Positions 17,288-27,490 of a stretch of DNA of 64,000 bases are shown here, in pieces (within the stretch, counting starts at the first letter, position 1; every line of letters begins with the position of its first letter). Source of the DNA: Fidelibacterota bacterium (GTDB lineage: Bacteria; Fidelibacterota; Marinisomatia; Marinisomatales; UBA1611); assembly GCA_028101095.1 (NCBI GenBank), contig JAOHKG010000002.1:7916-71915 (forward strand), read 5' to 3'. The notes beneath the pieces are model-generated. The model saw only the letters and a program-made list of their open reading frames with translations. It did no database searches and was not told the origin of the DNA. The position numbers were made by a program, and so were the translations under genes.

Positions 17288-20159
17288 TAGTTTGAAAAAG
17301 CAATTACCTTATATTTCAATCGGTTTAGGTGTCGCTTTATTTGTGGCTTTTTTAGCAGTACTTGATATCTATGATACAATTGAGCATAAATTCTTGGATA
17401 TGCGGTTCAATTCAAGAGGTTTAATTGAAACGAGAGATGATATTGCAACTCTTGACATCGATGTAAGAGCTCTTCAAACAGAAGGGAAATGGGATCCATG
17501 GAGTAGAGAAAAACATATTCCTATGGTTGAGGCTGCGGGCCAACATGGGATGGATATTCTAGCTTTTGATATTTATTTTATCGAACACAGCGAAAGAGAA
17601 TTGAATTATAAATCCCTTCAAAATATTTCAGATTCAGTTGTCACGATTGAATCTGTAAAGAATCTATTCCCAAATCCAGACAATGACTTAGCAAGCGCGG
17701 CAAGTAGTGCTGGAAATGTTTATTTTGCACAAAGCTTTAAGCCTCAGCCCAAAAAAAGTGAAAAAGTAAAGATTCGAACTCCAGAACAAGAAAAACGTTT
17801 GGAAGCGATGACTCGTAAAAAACTTTACAGAGAAGTTGATCCGGATGAATACAAAACTATTTTTGACTTTTATGATGGTGAATTCCCACTGGCTTCTTTT
17901 GTTGATAGTTCAGCCGGTGTTTACTTTTTTCAGGCAAAATCAGATAAAGATGGTGTAATGAGAAAATATCCTCTTATTGGTTTGTACGAGGATAAATTAT
18001 TTCCATCCATATCATTATCAATTGCTTTAGATCATTATGGAACTTCTTTTAATGATGTTGAAATAGTTCCAGGAAAGTATCTTCGTTTTACCCCTGAAAA
18101 ACCAGATGGGTTTGGAAGAAAAATGATTACCATACCAATCAATGAAGAAGGAATGATGCAAGTCAATTGGGCTGGTAATTGGGAAGATGCAGATGGGAAT
18201 TTTGATTTAATGCATTACCCTTATAATGTTCTTAAAGACTTTCAAGAAACTGAATACAGTAATTATGTTCTTGCTGAGTTTAAAAGAATAACAAATATGG
18301 ATTATGATGGAAATGTAAGAGCTGCTTTTAAACCTGCGCTTGGTTTAATTAATGCTGGTAAAAAAGATATAATGGATGCAGCAAAAAGAGCGAATCAGGT
18401 TAGTTCTATTGAAAAATGGATTCTCCAGAACCCGAATGGTACTGCAAAAGAATTTGGGAAGGTTCCGGCATTTGTATTTAATGAAATTAAAAATAATAAC
18501 GTAATAGCCACAGCATTAATTGAAAATTCTGAACAGTCACTCGATGACCTTTTTCGTGAAAATAAAATAGAATTTGAAATTAGCTTAGCTGATTATTCAT
18601 TTGAATCCGTCCGAAAGTTAAAAGAGGATTTTGAAAAAGAAATTGATAACACAGAGGATATTTCAAAGAAAAAAAGTTTTAAAAAGTCCTTAGCCGGTAT
18701 TGCTTTAATCGAACGTAATTATCAAATAATAATTAACCTCAGTAAAAATAATTTAATTACTGAACAAAGACCGTTATTCTTCTATCCAAACTCTCAACAG
18801 CTTTATGCTGGGAGTGTTGCAAAAGGGAATGCTCGTTTAATTGTACCCTTTGAATTCTATGGGAAGAAGTTATACTACGGACTGACTGCTACTGGAACTC
18901 ATGACTTAAATCCGATGCCTTTTAATCCTAGGTACCCTATGGTAGGCCTACACGCAAATGCGTTGAATACTATTCTGAATAATGATTTAATACACGAAGT
19001 TGGAAAGGCTGTTATTGTAATAGTTATTCTTGCTATCGGATTTCTACTTGCTTTTGGCATCCCAGCTCTTACACCAGCTCAAGGGGGTATTGCTACGGGT
19101 GCAATTCTCATCGGATATTCTTATCTATCTTTCTGGCTATTTTCAAATCAAAATATATGGGTTGATTTATTTGGACCCATGTTAACGCTTGTTCTAGGTT
19201 ACTTGGGAATTACCGTTTATAACTATATCCAAGAAGAAAAAAATAAGCAATTTTTGAAAGAGTCTTTTGGTACATATGTTTCACCTGAATTAATTGATCA
19301 AATGTATGATAGTGGAGAGGAACCATCACTTGGAGGAGAAGAAGGGTACCACACGGCTTTCTTTACCGATATACAAAGTTTTTCTGCTTTCTCCGAAAAG
19401 TTATCTGCATCGGACTTAGTATCTTTATTAAATGAATATCTTACGGATATGACAGACGTTCTTTTAGAAAATAAAGGAACATTAGATAAATATATTGGTG
19501 ATGCAATTGTTGCATTTTATGGAGCACCAATTCCAATTGATCAGCATGAATTATGGGCTTGCAAGACCGCCATTAAAATGCAAGATAATCTTGCATTATT
19601 GAGAGAAAAATGGACAAGTGAAGGGGATCAATGGCCTGAAATTGTTCATAATATGCAAAATAGAATTGGAATCAGCTCTGGGCAAATGGTAACGGGTAAT
19701 ATGGGTTCAGAAGCTCGAATGAATTACACCATGATGGGCGATAATGTCAACACTGCAGCAAGATTAGAATCATCGGCAAAACAATATGGGGTTTATATTC
19801 AAATTGCAGATAGTACCTATCAGGCTGTTAAAGATAAAGTTGTAGTTCGAGACCTGGATAATGTGAAAGTTATGGGTAAGAACGAGCCTGTTAAAGTATG
19901 GGAATTGATTTCTGAAAAAGGAAAAGAACCTGACATCTATAAGAAAATACTACCTGCTTATCACGAAGCTCTAGATCTTTACAAAAATCAAGAATGGGCG
20001 AAAGCTATAGAAGCTTTTAAGGCTTCTGAGAAACTTGAAGATATGTTTGGGGGAAGGAAAACTAACCCTAGCCGTATTTATATTCCTCGTTGCGAACACT
20101 ACCTTGAGAACTCTCCAGGTGATGATTGGGATGGTGTTTGGACACTTACAAGCAAATAG
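17280..20159 (+). CDS. CHASE2-domain membrane sensor fused to a class III adenylate cyclase
   Basis: 959 aa. TTG start overlaps the secretin stop by 8 nt. N-terminal TM, long periplasmic region, 3 TM. Cyclase motifs FFTDIQSFSAFSE, KYIGDAIVAFYGAP, MGDNVNTAARLES. TPR-like tail. Confidence 0.85.
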   Translation: MTNSLKKQLPYISIGLGVALFVAFLAVLDIYDTIEHKFLDMRFNSRGLIETRDDIATLDIDVRALQTEGKWDPWSREKHIPMVEAAGQHGMDILAFDIYFIEHSERELNYKSLQNISDSVVTIESVKNLFPNPDNDLASAASSAGNVYFAQSFKPQPKKSEKVKIRTPEQEKRLEAMTRKKLYREVDPDEYKTIFDFYDGEFPLASFVDSSAGVYFFQAKSDKDGVMRKYPLIGLYEDKLFPSISLSIALDHYGTSFNDVEIVPGKYLRFTPEKPDGFGRKMITIPINEEGMMQVNWAGNWEDADGNFDLMHYPYNVLKDFQETEYSNYVLAEFKRITNMDYDGNVRAAFKPALGLINAGKKDIMDAAKRANQVSSIEKWILQNPNGTAKEFGKVPAFVFNEIKNNNVIATALIENSEQSLDDLFRENKIEFEISLADYSFESVRKLKEDFEKEIDNTEDISKKKSFKKSLAGIALIERNYQIIINLSKNNLITEQRPLFFYPNSQQLYAGSVAKGNARLIVPFEFYGKKLYYGLTATGTHDLNPMPFNPRYPMVGLHANALNTILNNDLIHEVGKAVIVIVILAIGFLLAFGIPALTPAQGGIATGAILIGYSYLSFWLFSNQNIWVDLFGPMLTLVLGYLGITVYNYIQEEKNKQFLKESFGTYVSPELIDQMYDSGEEPSLGGEEGYHTAFFTDIQSFSAFSEKLSASDLVSLLNEYLTDMTDVLLENKGTLDKYIGDAIVAFYGAPIPIDQHELWACKTAIKMQDNLALLREKWTSEGDQWPEIVHNMQNRIGISSGQMVTGNMGSEARMNYTMMGDNVNTAARLESSAKQYGVYIQIADSTYQAVKDKVVVRDLDNVKVMGKNEPVKVWELISEKGKEPDIYKKILPAYHEALDLYKNQEWAKAIEAFKASEKLEDMFGGRKTNPSRIYIPRCEHYLENSPGDDWDGVWTLTSK

Positions 20160-20170
20160 AATAAGCTATA

Positions 20171-23100
20171 ATGAGCAAAGGTTTTATACATAAGATTTAC
20201 ATCTTTCTATTTATTATATCTTTCAATGTATGTTTTGGGCAAACATTTGAATTTAGTCAAGCAGTAACCGATTCATTACCTCAAGTTAATGCTAATTCAT
20301 TACAAGTTGGTGACGTGAACAATGATGGCTTCAATGATTTATTTATTTCGGGTTATGATGAACGTCGGTTTGGATTATACTTTGATGTATTAATTGGTAC
20401 GGAATTAGGCGTTCTTTCTCCACTTTCAAATCTAGAAATAATTACTTACCCTGACACAATTGGCGAATTTATGGGAGGTTTAGGTAATATTGCTTTGGCG
20501 GATGTCAATAGAGATGGAAACATTGACACATATATTAACGGTTCTGCAGAATCATATTTATTGCTTAATGGATCAGATGGCTTTGAGTTTACAACTGGGC
20601 TAGAAAGCCGAAGTCTTACATACAGTCATGGGAGTTGGGGTGATGTAAATATGGATGGTACACCTGATTTATTTATGATGGGTGTTGACGAAACTCAAGA
20701 TATTATTTTAAATAAATTATATTTGAATAATGGAGATAGGCTAGAAGAAGATTTTACAACAATTTTTCCCAACTTATTCAATGGTTCAAGTGCGTGGTGT
20801 GATTATGATAACGATGGCGATCCAGATTTAATTATTTGTGGACAGACAGCCAGTTCAGCATCGAGTGTTACAAGATTTTATAAAAATGAACCAACAGGAA
20901 GATTAGTTGAAGATACGAATCAAGATTTCATTGGATTAAAAGCTGGATCTTTTAAATTTTCAGATTTAGATCAAGATGGAGATCAAGATCTAATTATGTC
21001 TGGTTGGAATGTTCTTTTAAACTCAAATGTAACAAAAATTTATAAAAATGAGCCATTAGGAACGTATACTGAAATTGAGTCAGGACTAGACTTTGGTGTT
21101 AGTTATGGATCAATAGAATCAGCTGATTTTGATTTAGATGGTGATATTGATTTTATTATCGCAGGTGCAGATTCTACAGAAAACTTAGCGACGGATGTTC
21201 TAAGACTTAATGCTACTCTTGTGCAGAATAACGGGAATTTTTCTTTTACAGTTCTTCAGAATTATCAAGATGTAAGGATTGCTAATTTCATAGATGTTAA
21301 TTCAGATTTAAAACCGGACCTTGTAACGAATGGTACAACTCAATTTGGTGATATTAATAGTTCATTTACTAAAGTTTATATAAATCAATCAAACTCTAAT
21401 AGTTCTTCTCCAATTGCACCATCAAGCCTAACTGCATTTGCAGTAAGTAATCGAGCTATTTTTACATGGGGTTCTGGTTCTGATGAATCTGATAATTCAA
21501 CTAGTTTAAGATATAATTTGAAAATTGGGAACACTGTAAGTAGATCGAGTCTGTTATCTCCTTCTATAATTTATAGAGGATCAAATGTTGGGCAACGACT
21601 TGTAAGAGAGTTCTCAAATATTCCGCATGGAACATATTATTGGTCTGTGCAGACTCTGGATGCCGCGGGAAATTTATCAGAATGGTCTGATGAAGACACT
21701 TTATTTATTTCAAGGCTTGTGACTTCAACTCAATCACTTCCAGGTGTTTATTTCTCTTCCGCAGGGTGGGCAGACTATAATAATGATAATAAGTTAGACC
21801 TAGCATTGACTGGGATTACTTTTTCAGGAAATAGTATTACAAGTTTATATCAGAACGAGGATGAACTTTTAAATCAAGATTTATCACAAAATATAGATGC
21901 TGTTTTTGGAGGACATCTTTCGTGGGTTGATTATACAAATGATGGGAATTTGGATATTTCTTTATCGGGTTTTCAAATTATAAATTTTAATGGATTTCCG
22001 GCAACCGCATTTTACAAATATCAAAATGGAACTTATGTTTTTGATGCTCAAAATAACGTTACTAATTCTATTTATGGGTACACAATGGGAATTAACGGCG
22101 GATCAAATAATCATTCTTGGGGTGACTTTGATAACGATGGAGATTTTGATTTTGTAATTGGTGGGACAGATTACTACGGACAAAGAAATCTTAAAATCTT
22201 TAAGAATGATGGTGGGAACCTTAGCCTTGATACCACTCAATTAAATTTAATTCCTCTTTTTCCATGTATGGTTAACTGGGTTGATTTAAATAATGACGGA
22301 TATTTAGATCTTGTTTCGGTTGGAGCTGACTCGAATGCGGTTATAAAAATAAACACATACATCAACGATTCATCTTATGTTTTAAAGTTCTCAGATAAAT
22401 GGTCATCAGAACAATATGGTGTAACAGCAGGGGCCTTTGATTTTGGCGATTATAATGATGATGGCTATATTGATTTCTCAATACTAGGCTTGAATAGTAA
22501 CAGCGAGCCCGTATGTAAAATAATAACGAATTCTATAGATGGTTTTTCTAAAGAAGAAGGTCATGAATTACGAGGTTTGTTTAATGGTCGGCCAACTTGG
22601 GGCGATTATGACAATGATGGTGATTTAGATTTGTTAATATCAGGCTTATCAAGTACAGCTGATGGAGGAAGAGATCCTTTTACATCTATCTACTATCAAC
22701 AAAACTCAGTCTTTTCAATTGATGAGACATTAAATATTGATTCTTTAGGATATAGTTTTACTCAGTTTGGCGATTATGATGATGATGGTGATATAGATTT
22801 ATTTGTTTCTGGTTTTAATTCCAGTTCTGATGTTGTTTCAAAGGTCTATGATAATCTAGAAGCGCTAGAAAATAAAAACAATGCTCCGAACAAGCCGTAT
22901 AGTTTGAATATTGACATCGATAAAAAAGATATTCATCTTTCTTGGAGTGCTCCACAAGACATTGGAACGGAAAAAGGCTTTTTTACAAAAGAAAGCGGTC
23001 TCAAATATCAAATTCAGATTGGAACTGAAAATACTAATAATCATAAAATTATTACGGGAAATTATGGGAATAATTCAATTGGTTCGATAAACCTAACTGA

Positions 23101-24262
23101 TAAAATAGTCAGAGGAGTTCCGGAAGGAAATTATTTTTGGAAAGTAAGAGCTTCAGACCATGGATCAAGAAAATCAGATTGGTCTAATGCTGATTACTTT
23201 TATATCGATACTACACCACCTAATGTAGATACAGTTCGAGCTAATTATATTTCAGCACGAGATGTTATTTTAGTTGTGAAATTTAAAGAACAATTTTTTC
23301 TTAATGTGAATATTGACCCTTATGTTTTCGTGACGCATCCTGAAACTCCGGATCTCGATGAGGATGGAGTCACAGATTCAATTGTAGTTACTAAAGAGAG
23401 TTATAATGGTGATGAATGGACAGGATCAGTTTCTTTACCAACTGGATACAATGGTAAAACATTAAATATAAATGTTTCATCTGCTGTTGATGAGAGAGGG
23501 AATCAAATGATTCCAGAATCAATTTATAAAACTCCTGAAACTGTAATCTCTTTAAGTGGTGGCACCTCTATTAGTGAAGATGGTAATGCCTTCTTAATGG
23601 TGCCGCAAAGTGCCATTAAAACTGATGCTGAAATAACGATAAATAATATTGAAACAAGTTTAGATCTAGGGGATTCAACGTATCAGTTGAGTAATCTTTA
23701 TAACATAAAGCCAAATAACTTAGAACTAGAAAAGCCAGTGGTTATTAGAATTGTACTAGGTGATTCACTAATAACAGGTTTAGATAGCATACCATTTATT
23801 GCTAGAGTTGAAGATTCAGGGGAGCTCTTATCTATAGGAGGCTCCAAGGTTACAATAAATAATCAATCTTTTTTACAGGTGCAAACTGATAAATTAGGTA
23901 TGTACGGTGTCTTTGCAGGGACAATCAATACCAAGATAGATAGTCTTTCGAATGATTTAATATGCCAGCCAAGAATCTTTTCTCCAGCAGGGTCAATTTT
24001 TGAGTTTAATAAAACAAATATTCTCTATACTGTGGATCCGGATGAAAACCAAAATAACATAACGGCTAGAATATTTAACCTAAGTGGTAGACTTAAAAGA
24101 GTAATTGAGCCAGAAGTCTCTAATAATATTTCTGGTAATCAAGTCTTGGCATGGGATGGAAGAGATTTTGATGGAAAAGTGGTTAAAAGTGGTCTTTATA
24201 TTGTGACGTTAGAAAAAGAAAGTACGATCTTAAAAACAACAGTAGGTGTTTTGAATAGATGA
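20171..24262 (+). CDS. Secreted FG-GAP/VCBS repeat protein (two seven-repeat sets) with an FlgD-Ig/T9SS-CTD-like C-terminus
   Basis: 1363 aa with a signal peptide. 14 DxNxDGxxDL-type repeats arranged 7+7, each set followed by an FN3-like segment. C-terminus is FNLSGRLKRVIEPE...LAWDGRDFDGKVVKSGLYIVTL. Confidence 0.85.
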   Translation: MSKGFIHKIYIFLFIISFNVCFGQTFEFSQAVTDSLPQVNANSLQVGDVNNDGFNDLFISGYDERRFGLYFDVLIGTELGVLSPLSNLEIITYPDTIGEFMGGLGNIALADVNRDGNIDTYINGSAESYLLLNGSDGFEFTTGLESRSLTYSHGSWGDVNMDGTPDLFMMGVDETQDIILNKLYLNNGDRLEEDFTTIFPNLFNGSSAWCDYDNDGDPDLIICGQTASSASSVTRFYKNEPTGRLVEDTNQDFIGLKAGSFKFSDLDQDGDQDLIMSGWNVLLNSNVTKIYKNEPLGTYTEIESGLDFGVSYGSIESADFDLDGDIDFIIAGADSTENLATDVLRLNATLVQNNGNFSFTVLQNYQDVRIANFIDVNSDLKPDLVTNGTTQFGDINSSFTKVYINQSNSNSSSPIAPSSLTAFAVSNRAIFTWGSGSDESDNSTSLRYNLKIGNTVSRSSLLSPSIIYRGSNVGQRLVREFSNIPHGTYYWSVQTLDAAGNLSEWSDEDTLFISRLVTSTQSLPGVYFSSAGWADYNNDNKLDLALTGITFSGNSITSLYQNEDELLNQDLSQNIDAVFGGHLSWVDYTNDGNLDISLSGFQIINFNGFPATAFYKYQNGTYVFDAQNNVTNSIYGYTMGINGGSNNHSWGDFDNDGDFDFVIGGTDYYGQRNLKIFKNDGGNLSLDTTQLNLIPLFPCMVNWVDLNNDGYLDLVSVGADSNAVIKINTYINDSSYVLKFSDKWSSEQYGVTAGAFDFGDYNDDGYIDFSILGLNSNSEPVCKIITNSIDGFSKEEGHELRGLFNGRPTWGDYDNDGDLDLLISGLSSTADGGRDPFTSIYYQQNSVFSIDETLNIDSLGYSFTQFGDYDDDGDIDLFVSGFNSSSDVVSKVYDNLEALENKNNAPNKPYSLNIDIDKKDIHLSWSAPQDIGTEKGFFTKESGLKYQIQIGTENTNNHKIITGNYGNNSIGSINLTDKIVRGVPEGNYFWKVRASDHGSRKSDWSNADYFYIDTTPPNVDTVRANYISARDVILVVKFKEQFFLNVNIDPYVFVTHPETPDLDEDGVTDSIVVTKESYNGDEWTGSVSLPTGYNGKTLNINVSSAVDERGNQMIPESIYKTPETVISLSGGTSISEDGNAFLMVPQSAIKTDAEITINNIETSLDLGDSTYQLSNLYNIKPNNLELEKPVVIRIVLGDSLITGLDSIPFIARVEDSGELLSIGGSKVTINNQSFLQVQTDKLGMYGVFAGTINTKIDSLSNDLICQPRIFSPAGSIFEFNKTNILYTVDPDENQNNITARIFNLSGRLKRVIEPEVSNNISGNQVLAWDGRDFDGKVVKSGLYIVTLEKESTILKTTVGVLNR

Positions 24263-26997
24263 AGTATTTTTTAATTGTTTCAACACTAATATGTGCTTTG
24301 AGCAGTCAATCATATGATCAGCTCTTTTTTGGAACAAGACCTTTTGGAATGGGTGGTGCTTTTGTTGCAATCGCGGATGATGCAAATGCGATTAGTTGGA
24401 ACCCCTCAGGACTACCTGGTCTACGAAGAAAAGAATTTACTTCTACTTACACAGATTTATATAACATGGGTATTTCTAAATCCTATATTGGTTTTGTTTA
24501 CCCTTTTTCAGATAAAATAGCTTTTGGTCTAGACTGGGGTAACATAGGGTTTGATGATAGTGAGCTACTTTATGGTGAAAATAAGATTGGCTTTGCCGTC
24601 GGATATCAACCTTTTTCAATGTTTTCTGTTGGTATCAATACAAAGTATTTATTCCGTGACATGCAACTAAATGGAACTTCTTATGGTAAAAGTTCAGGAA
24701 TTGGTTATGATCTAGGTTTTCTTTTACAGCCTCACAAAATGTTAAGACTTGGTTTCAGTCTTTATGATTTAGGTGGTACAAATGTTGACTATGAAGATAA
24801 TATATCGGAAACAGTTTTAGAACAGGCTTTAAAGGTAGGTGTCGCTATTCAACCTCTAGAAAATTTGAAATTTGCATTCGATAAAAGTGATAGAAACCAT
24901 TTTGGAGCTGAGTATGTTATTGCAAATAGACTCTCAATCAGGATGGGGTATCAACAAGAATCTTTTGGATCAGCAAATCTAAATATTCTTTCAGTAGGTA
25001 CATCTATTAAATTCAAAAGTATAGTCGTTGAATATGGCTATGAAACTCAAAAATATTTAGATCCAATACATAGAATTTCTTTTGCTCTCCAATTAAGCCC
25101 AGATGTTGTCAGCATTACAACAACTCAAATTTCTCATAATCCAATTTTTAGGTCGTTACATCGCTATTATGAGTCCGAGCCGTTTGCTAAAATTGGAATC
25201 AAAAATATTTCAGATGAAGATTTGCCAGTAGACGTATCTTTATTTGTTCCTACAATGATGGAGAATCCACATAATCAATCTGTTATCCTTCCACCAAAAT
25301 CAGATGATGAGTACGAAATTGACATTTCTTTTTCAAGTGATGTATTGTCCTCAAAAAAAGCAACATTTGATAATCTTGTTCAGCCAGAAGTTCAAGTGAC
25401 GTACAAGCAGGGTGGTGAAGAAAAGCTCGCTCTTAAAAAGTTAGAATCCTCTTACGTGTTAGGGAAAGGAAAATTAACTTGGAGTAATCCGGATATGATT
25501 GCCTGTTATGTTACCCCTGCAGATGCTGTCATTGATAAATTTGCCAGAAATAATATTCAATATTACACTCCTGTGTTAAATGATTACTTCGGACGAAGTA
25601 ACTTGGGAAGAGCTATTATTCTCTATGATGCTTTAGGGACTCACGGGCTGGTTTATAATATAGATTTAGAGACCCCTTTCTTAGATATTGCTGATGATAA
25701 GTCTGCATTTGACACTGTAAAATATCCTGGAGATATGTTAAGGGATAAAATTGGTGACTGCGATGATTTAACAGCCCTTTACGGATCATTATTAGCAAAT
25801 TTAGGAATTGAGACCATGTTCCTAGACGTTTTTAAACCTGGAGCAGGGCACATATTTCTTATGTTTGACAGTGGTGTAAAACCCGATGATGTAGAAAAAT
25901 ATTTTCTTGATGCTTCAGAAGTAGTTGTTTTAAATAATAAGGTGTGGATCCCGATTGAAGCAACACTTGTGGGAAAAAGTTTTTTCTCGGCGTGGAAGCA
26001 AGGCTCCTTAAAATATAATGAAATGAAATCAGAAAACTATGTCAATGAGATTTCAGTCAAAGAAGCCTCCGCAAAATACATAGCAGGTTCCCATATTACT
26101 CCAGATGTACCATTCCCTGAAATTGAAGGTATTAGCCCTTTACTTAAAGAAGATATTAAACAGTACGGGATGTGGCTTGAGCAGATTGTTTATAAATCAG
26201 TGGATAACAGGTTAGAATCTGCAGAGGACTATTATGATGCAGGTGTTAAGTATATGGAATTTGGTAGATACAAAGAAGCAACACAAATGCTTGAAACAAG
26301 TATTAACATGAAGCCAGTGTTCCCTGATGCGATAAATACATTGGGGGTTTGTTTCACTAAAAAAGAAGATTATATCCAAGCAATTTCTTTTTATGAAAAA
26401 GCAATTGATCAATCTGGAGAGCACGCTGGCTATCTATTGAATATTGCTATCGCTCATTTTATGATGGGTAATAAAGGAATGGCAAAGCAAAAATATGATG
26501 AAGTTGTCTTAATTGATCCCGTCTTTGCTGGGAAATTAGATAAAATATTTGGTGCCGCTAAAGCAACGCTTGCTGGAAGTGCTCCTATGCCTGGACAATT
26601 AAGTATCTCTACAGACTTGGAAGACGAGTTGCAAAAAGGTTCAAGCCAAGGTCTTGTAAGCCTAGATATAAAGCCTAAAAAAATTGAAGCTAAGGATATT
26701 CCTAAAGTTTCTCATCGAAAAAGAAGAGCACGGAGTGATAACACTGTAGGTGTTACTTTTGCGAGGTTAGGAAATTACTCTATGGCAATAGATTATTTTA
26801 GAAAAGCCGTTGAACATGACTCAGAGCAATTTGATTATAAAGAAAATTTAGCTGTAGCACTTTACAGAACATATAAATACGATGAAGCAAACAACCTTTA
26901 TAATGAAATAAAAAAGATTAAACCAGAAAAAACAGCGGAATTAAGTTTTATAGAAAGTATGGGGAAAATCACACCAAAGTATAATAAGTTTGATTAA
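24259..26997 (+). CDS. PorV/PorQ-like outer-membrane beta-barrel domain fused to a transglutaminase-like core and TPR repeats
   Basis: 912 aa. N-terminus FGTRPFGMGGAFVAIADDANAISWNPSGL. Mid-region GDCDDLTALYGSLLANLGIE...GHIFLMF...VWIPIEAT. C-terminal TPR-like repeats. Confidence 0.6.
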   Translation: MKYFLIVSTLICALSSQSYDQLFFGTRPFGMGGAFVAIADDANAISWNPSGLPGLRRKEFTSTYTDLYNMGISKSYIGFVYPFSDKIAFGLDWGNIGFDDSELLYGENKIGFAVGYQPFSMFSVGINTKYLFRDMQLNGTSYGKSSGIGYDLGFLLQPHKMLRLGFSLYDLGGTNVDYEDNISETVLEQALKVGVAIQPLENLKFAFDKSDRNHFGAEYVIANRLSIRMGYQQESFGSANLNILSVGTSIKFKSIVVEYGYETQKYLDPIHRISFALQLSPDVVSITTTQISHNPIFRSLHRYYESEPFAKIGIKNISDEDLPVDVSLFVPTMMENPHNQSVILPPKSDDEYEIDISFSSDVLSSKKATFDNLVQPEVQVTYKQGGEEKLALKKLESSYVLGKGKLTWSNPDMIACYVTPADAVIDKFARNNIQYYTPVLNDYFGRSNLGRAIILYDALGTHGLVYNIDLETPFLDIADDKSAFDTVKYPGDMLRDKIGDCDDLTALYGSLLANLGIETMFLDVFKPGAGHIFLMFDSGVKPDDVEKYFLDASEVVVLNNKVWIPIEATLVGKSFFSAWKQGSLKYNEMKSENYVNEISVKEASAKYIAGSHITPDVPFPEIEGISPLLKEDIKQYGMWLEQIVYKSVDNRLESAEDYYDAGVKYMEFGRYKEATQMLETSINMKPVFPDAINTLGVCFTKKEDYIQAISFYEKAIDQSGEHAGYLLNIAIAHFMMGNKGMAKQKYDEVVLIDPVFAGKLDKIFGAAKATLAGSAPMPGQLSISTDLEDELQKGSSQGLVSLDIKPKKIEAKDIPKVSHRKRRARSDNTVGVTFARLGNYSMAIDYFRKAVEHDSEQFDYKENLAVALYRTYKYDEANNLYNEIKKIKPEKTAELSFIESMGKITPKYNKFD

Positions 26998-27024
26998 ATT
27001 AAAACCTAAGCTAAAGGTATAGAT

Positions 27025-27471
27025 ATGAATAGATTAATATATATTATAAGTATTTTATCATTTGGATTTCTTTATTCGCAAGATGAAGAACTAGACATGG
27101 ATGCTATGTGGGATAATACTGTCTGGAATGAGATCGAAGAAGTCTCAACAAAAGAATATGAAGTAGAAAAGGTAACCACTGTCGCTGGAGTTCGTGGAGC
27201 AGAAGCAGAGGATGAAGCGCTTCATCATTTGTATTACAGACAATCCATGAAAGGGCCAAGCGAGATCCAACTCAATAAAGCTTTAGGCAAACTCTTAAAT
27301 ACTTTAGCTACTCTAAAAGAAAAAAAACCTGAAAATAGTAAGATTCCAGAAGTCACTCACTACGTTATTCAAATATATAAAAAATTAAATAATAATGAGA
27401 AAGCAATTGAATTTCAGACTGAGCTTTTAGCTTCCGCACCAGAATCAAAATGGGCGAAGTATTATAAATAA
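27025..27471 (+). CDS. Small secreted hypothetical protein
   Basis: 148 aa with signal-like N-terminus IYIISILSFGFLYSQ. Last gene before the terminator. Confidence 0.5.
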   Translation: MNRLIYIISILSFGFLYSQDEELDMDAMWDNTVWNEIEEVSTKEYEVEKVTTVAGVRGAEAEDEALHHLYYRQSMKGPSEIQLNKALGKLLNTLATLKEKKPENSKIPEVTHYVIQIYKKLNNNEKAIEFQTELLASAPESKWAKYYK

Positions 27472-27490
27472 TTATATTATGGAATTTATT

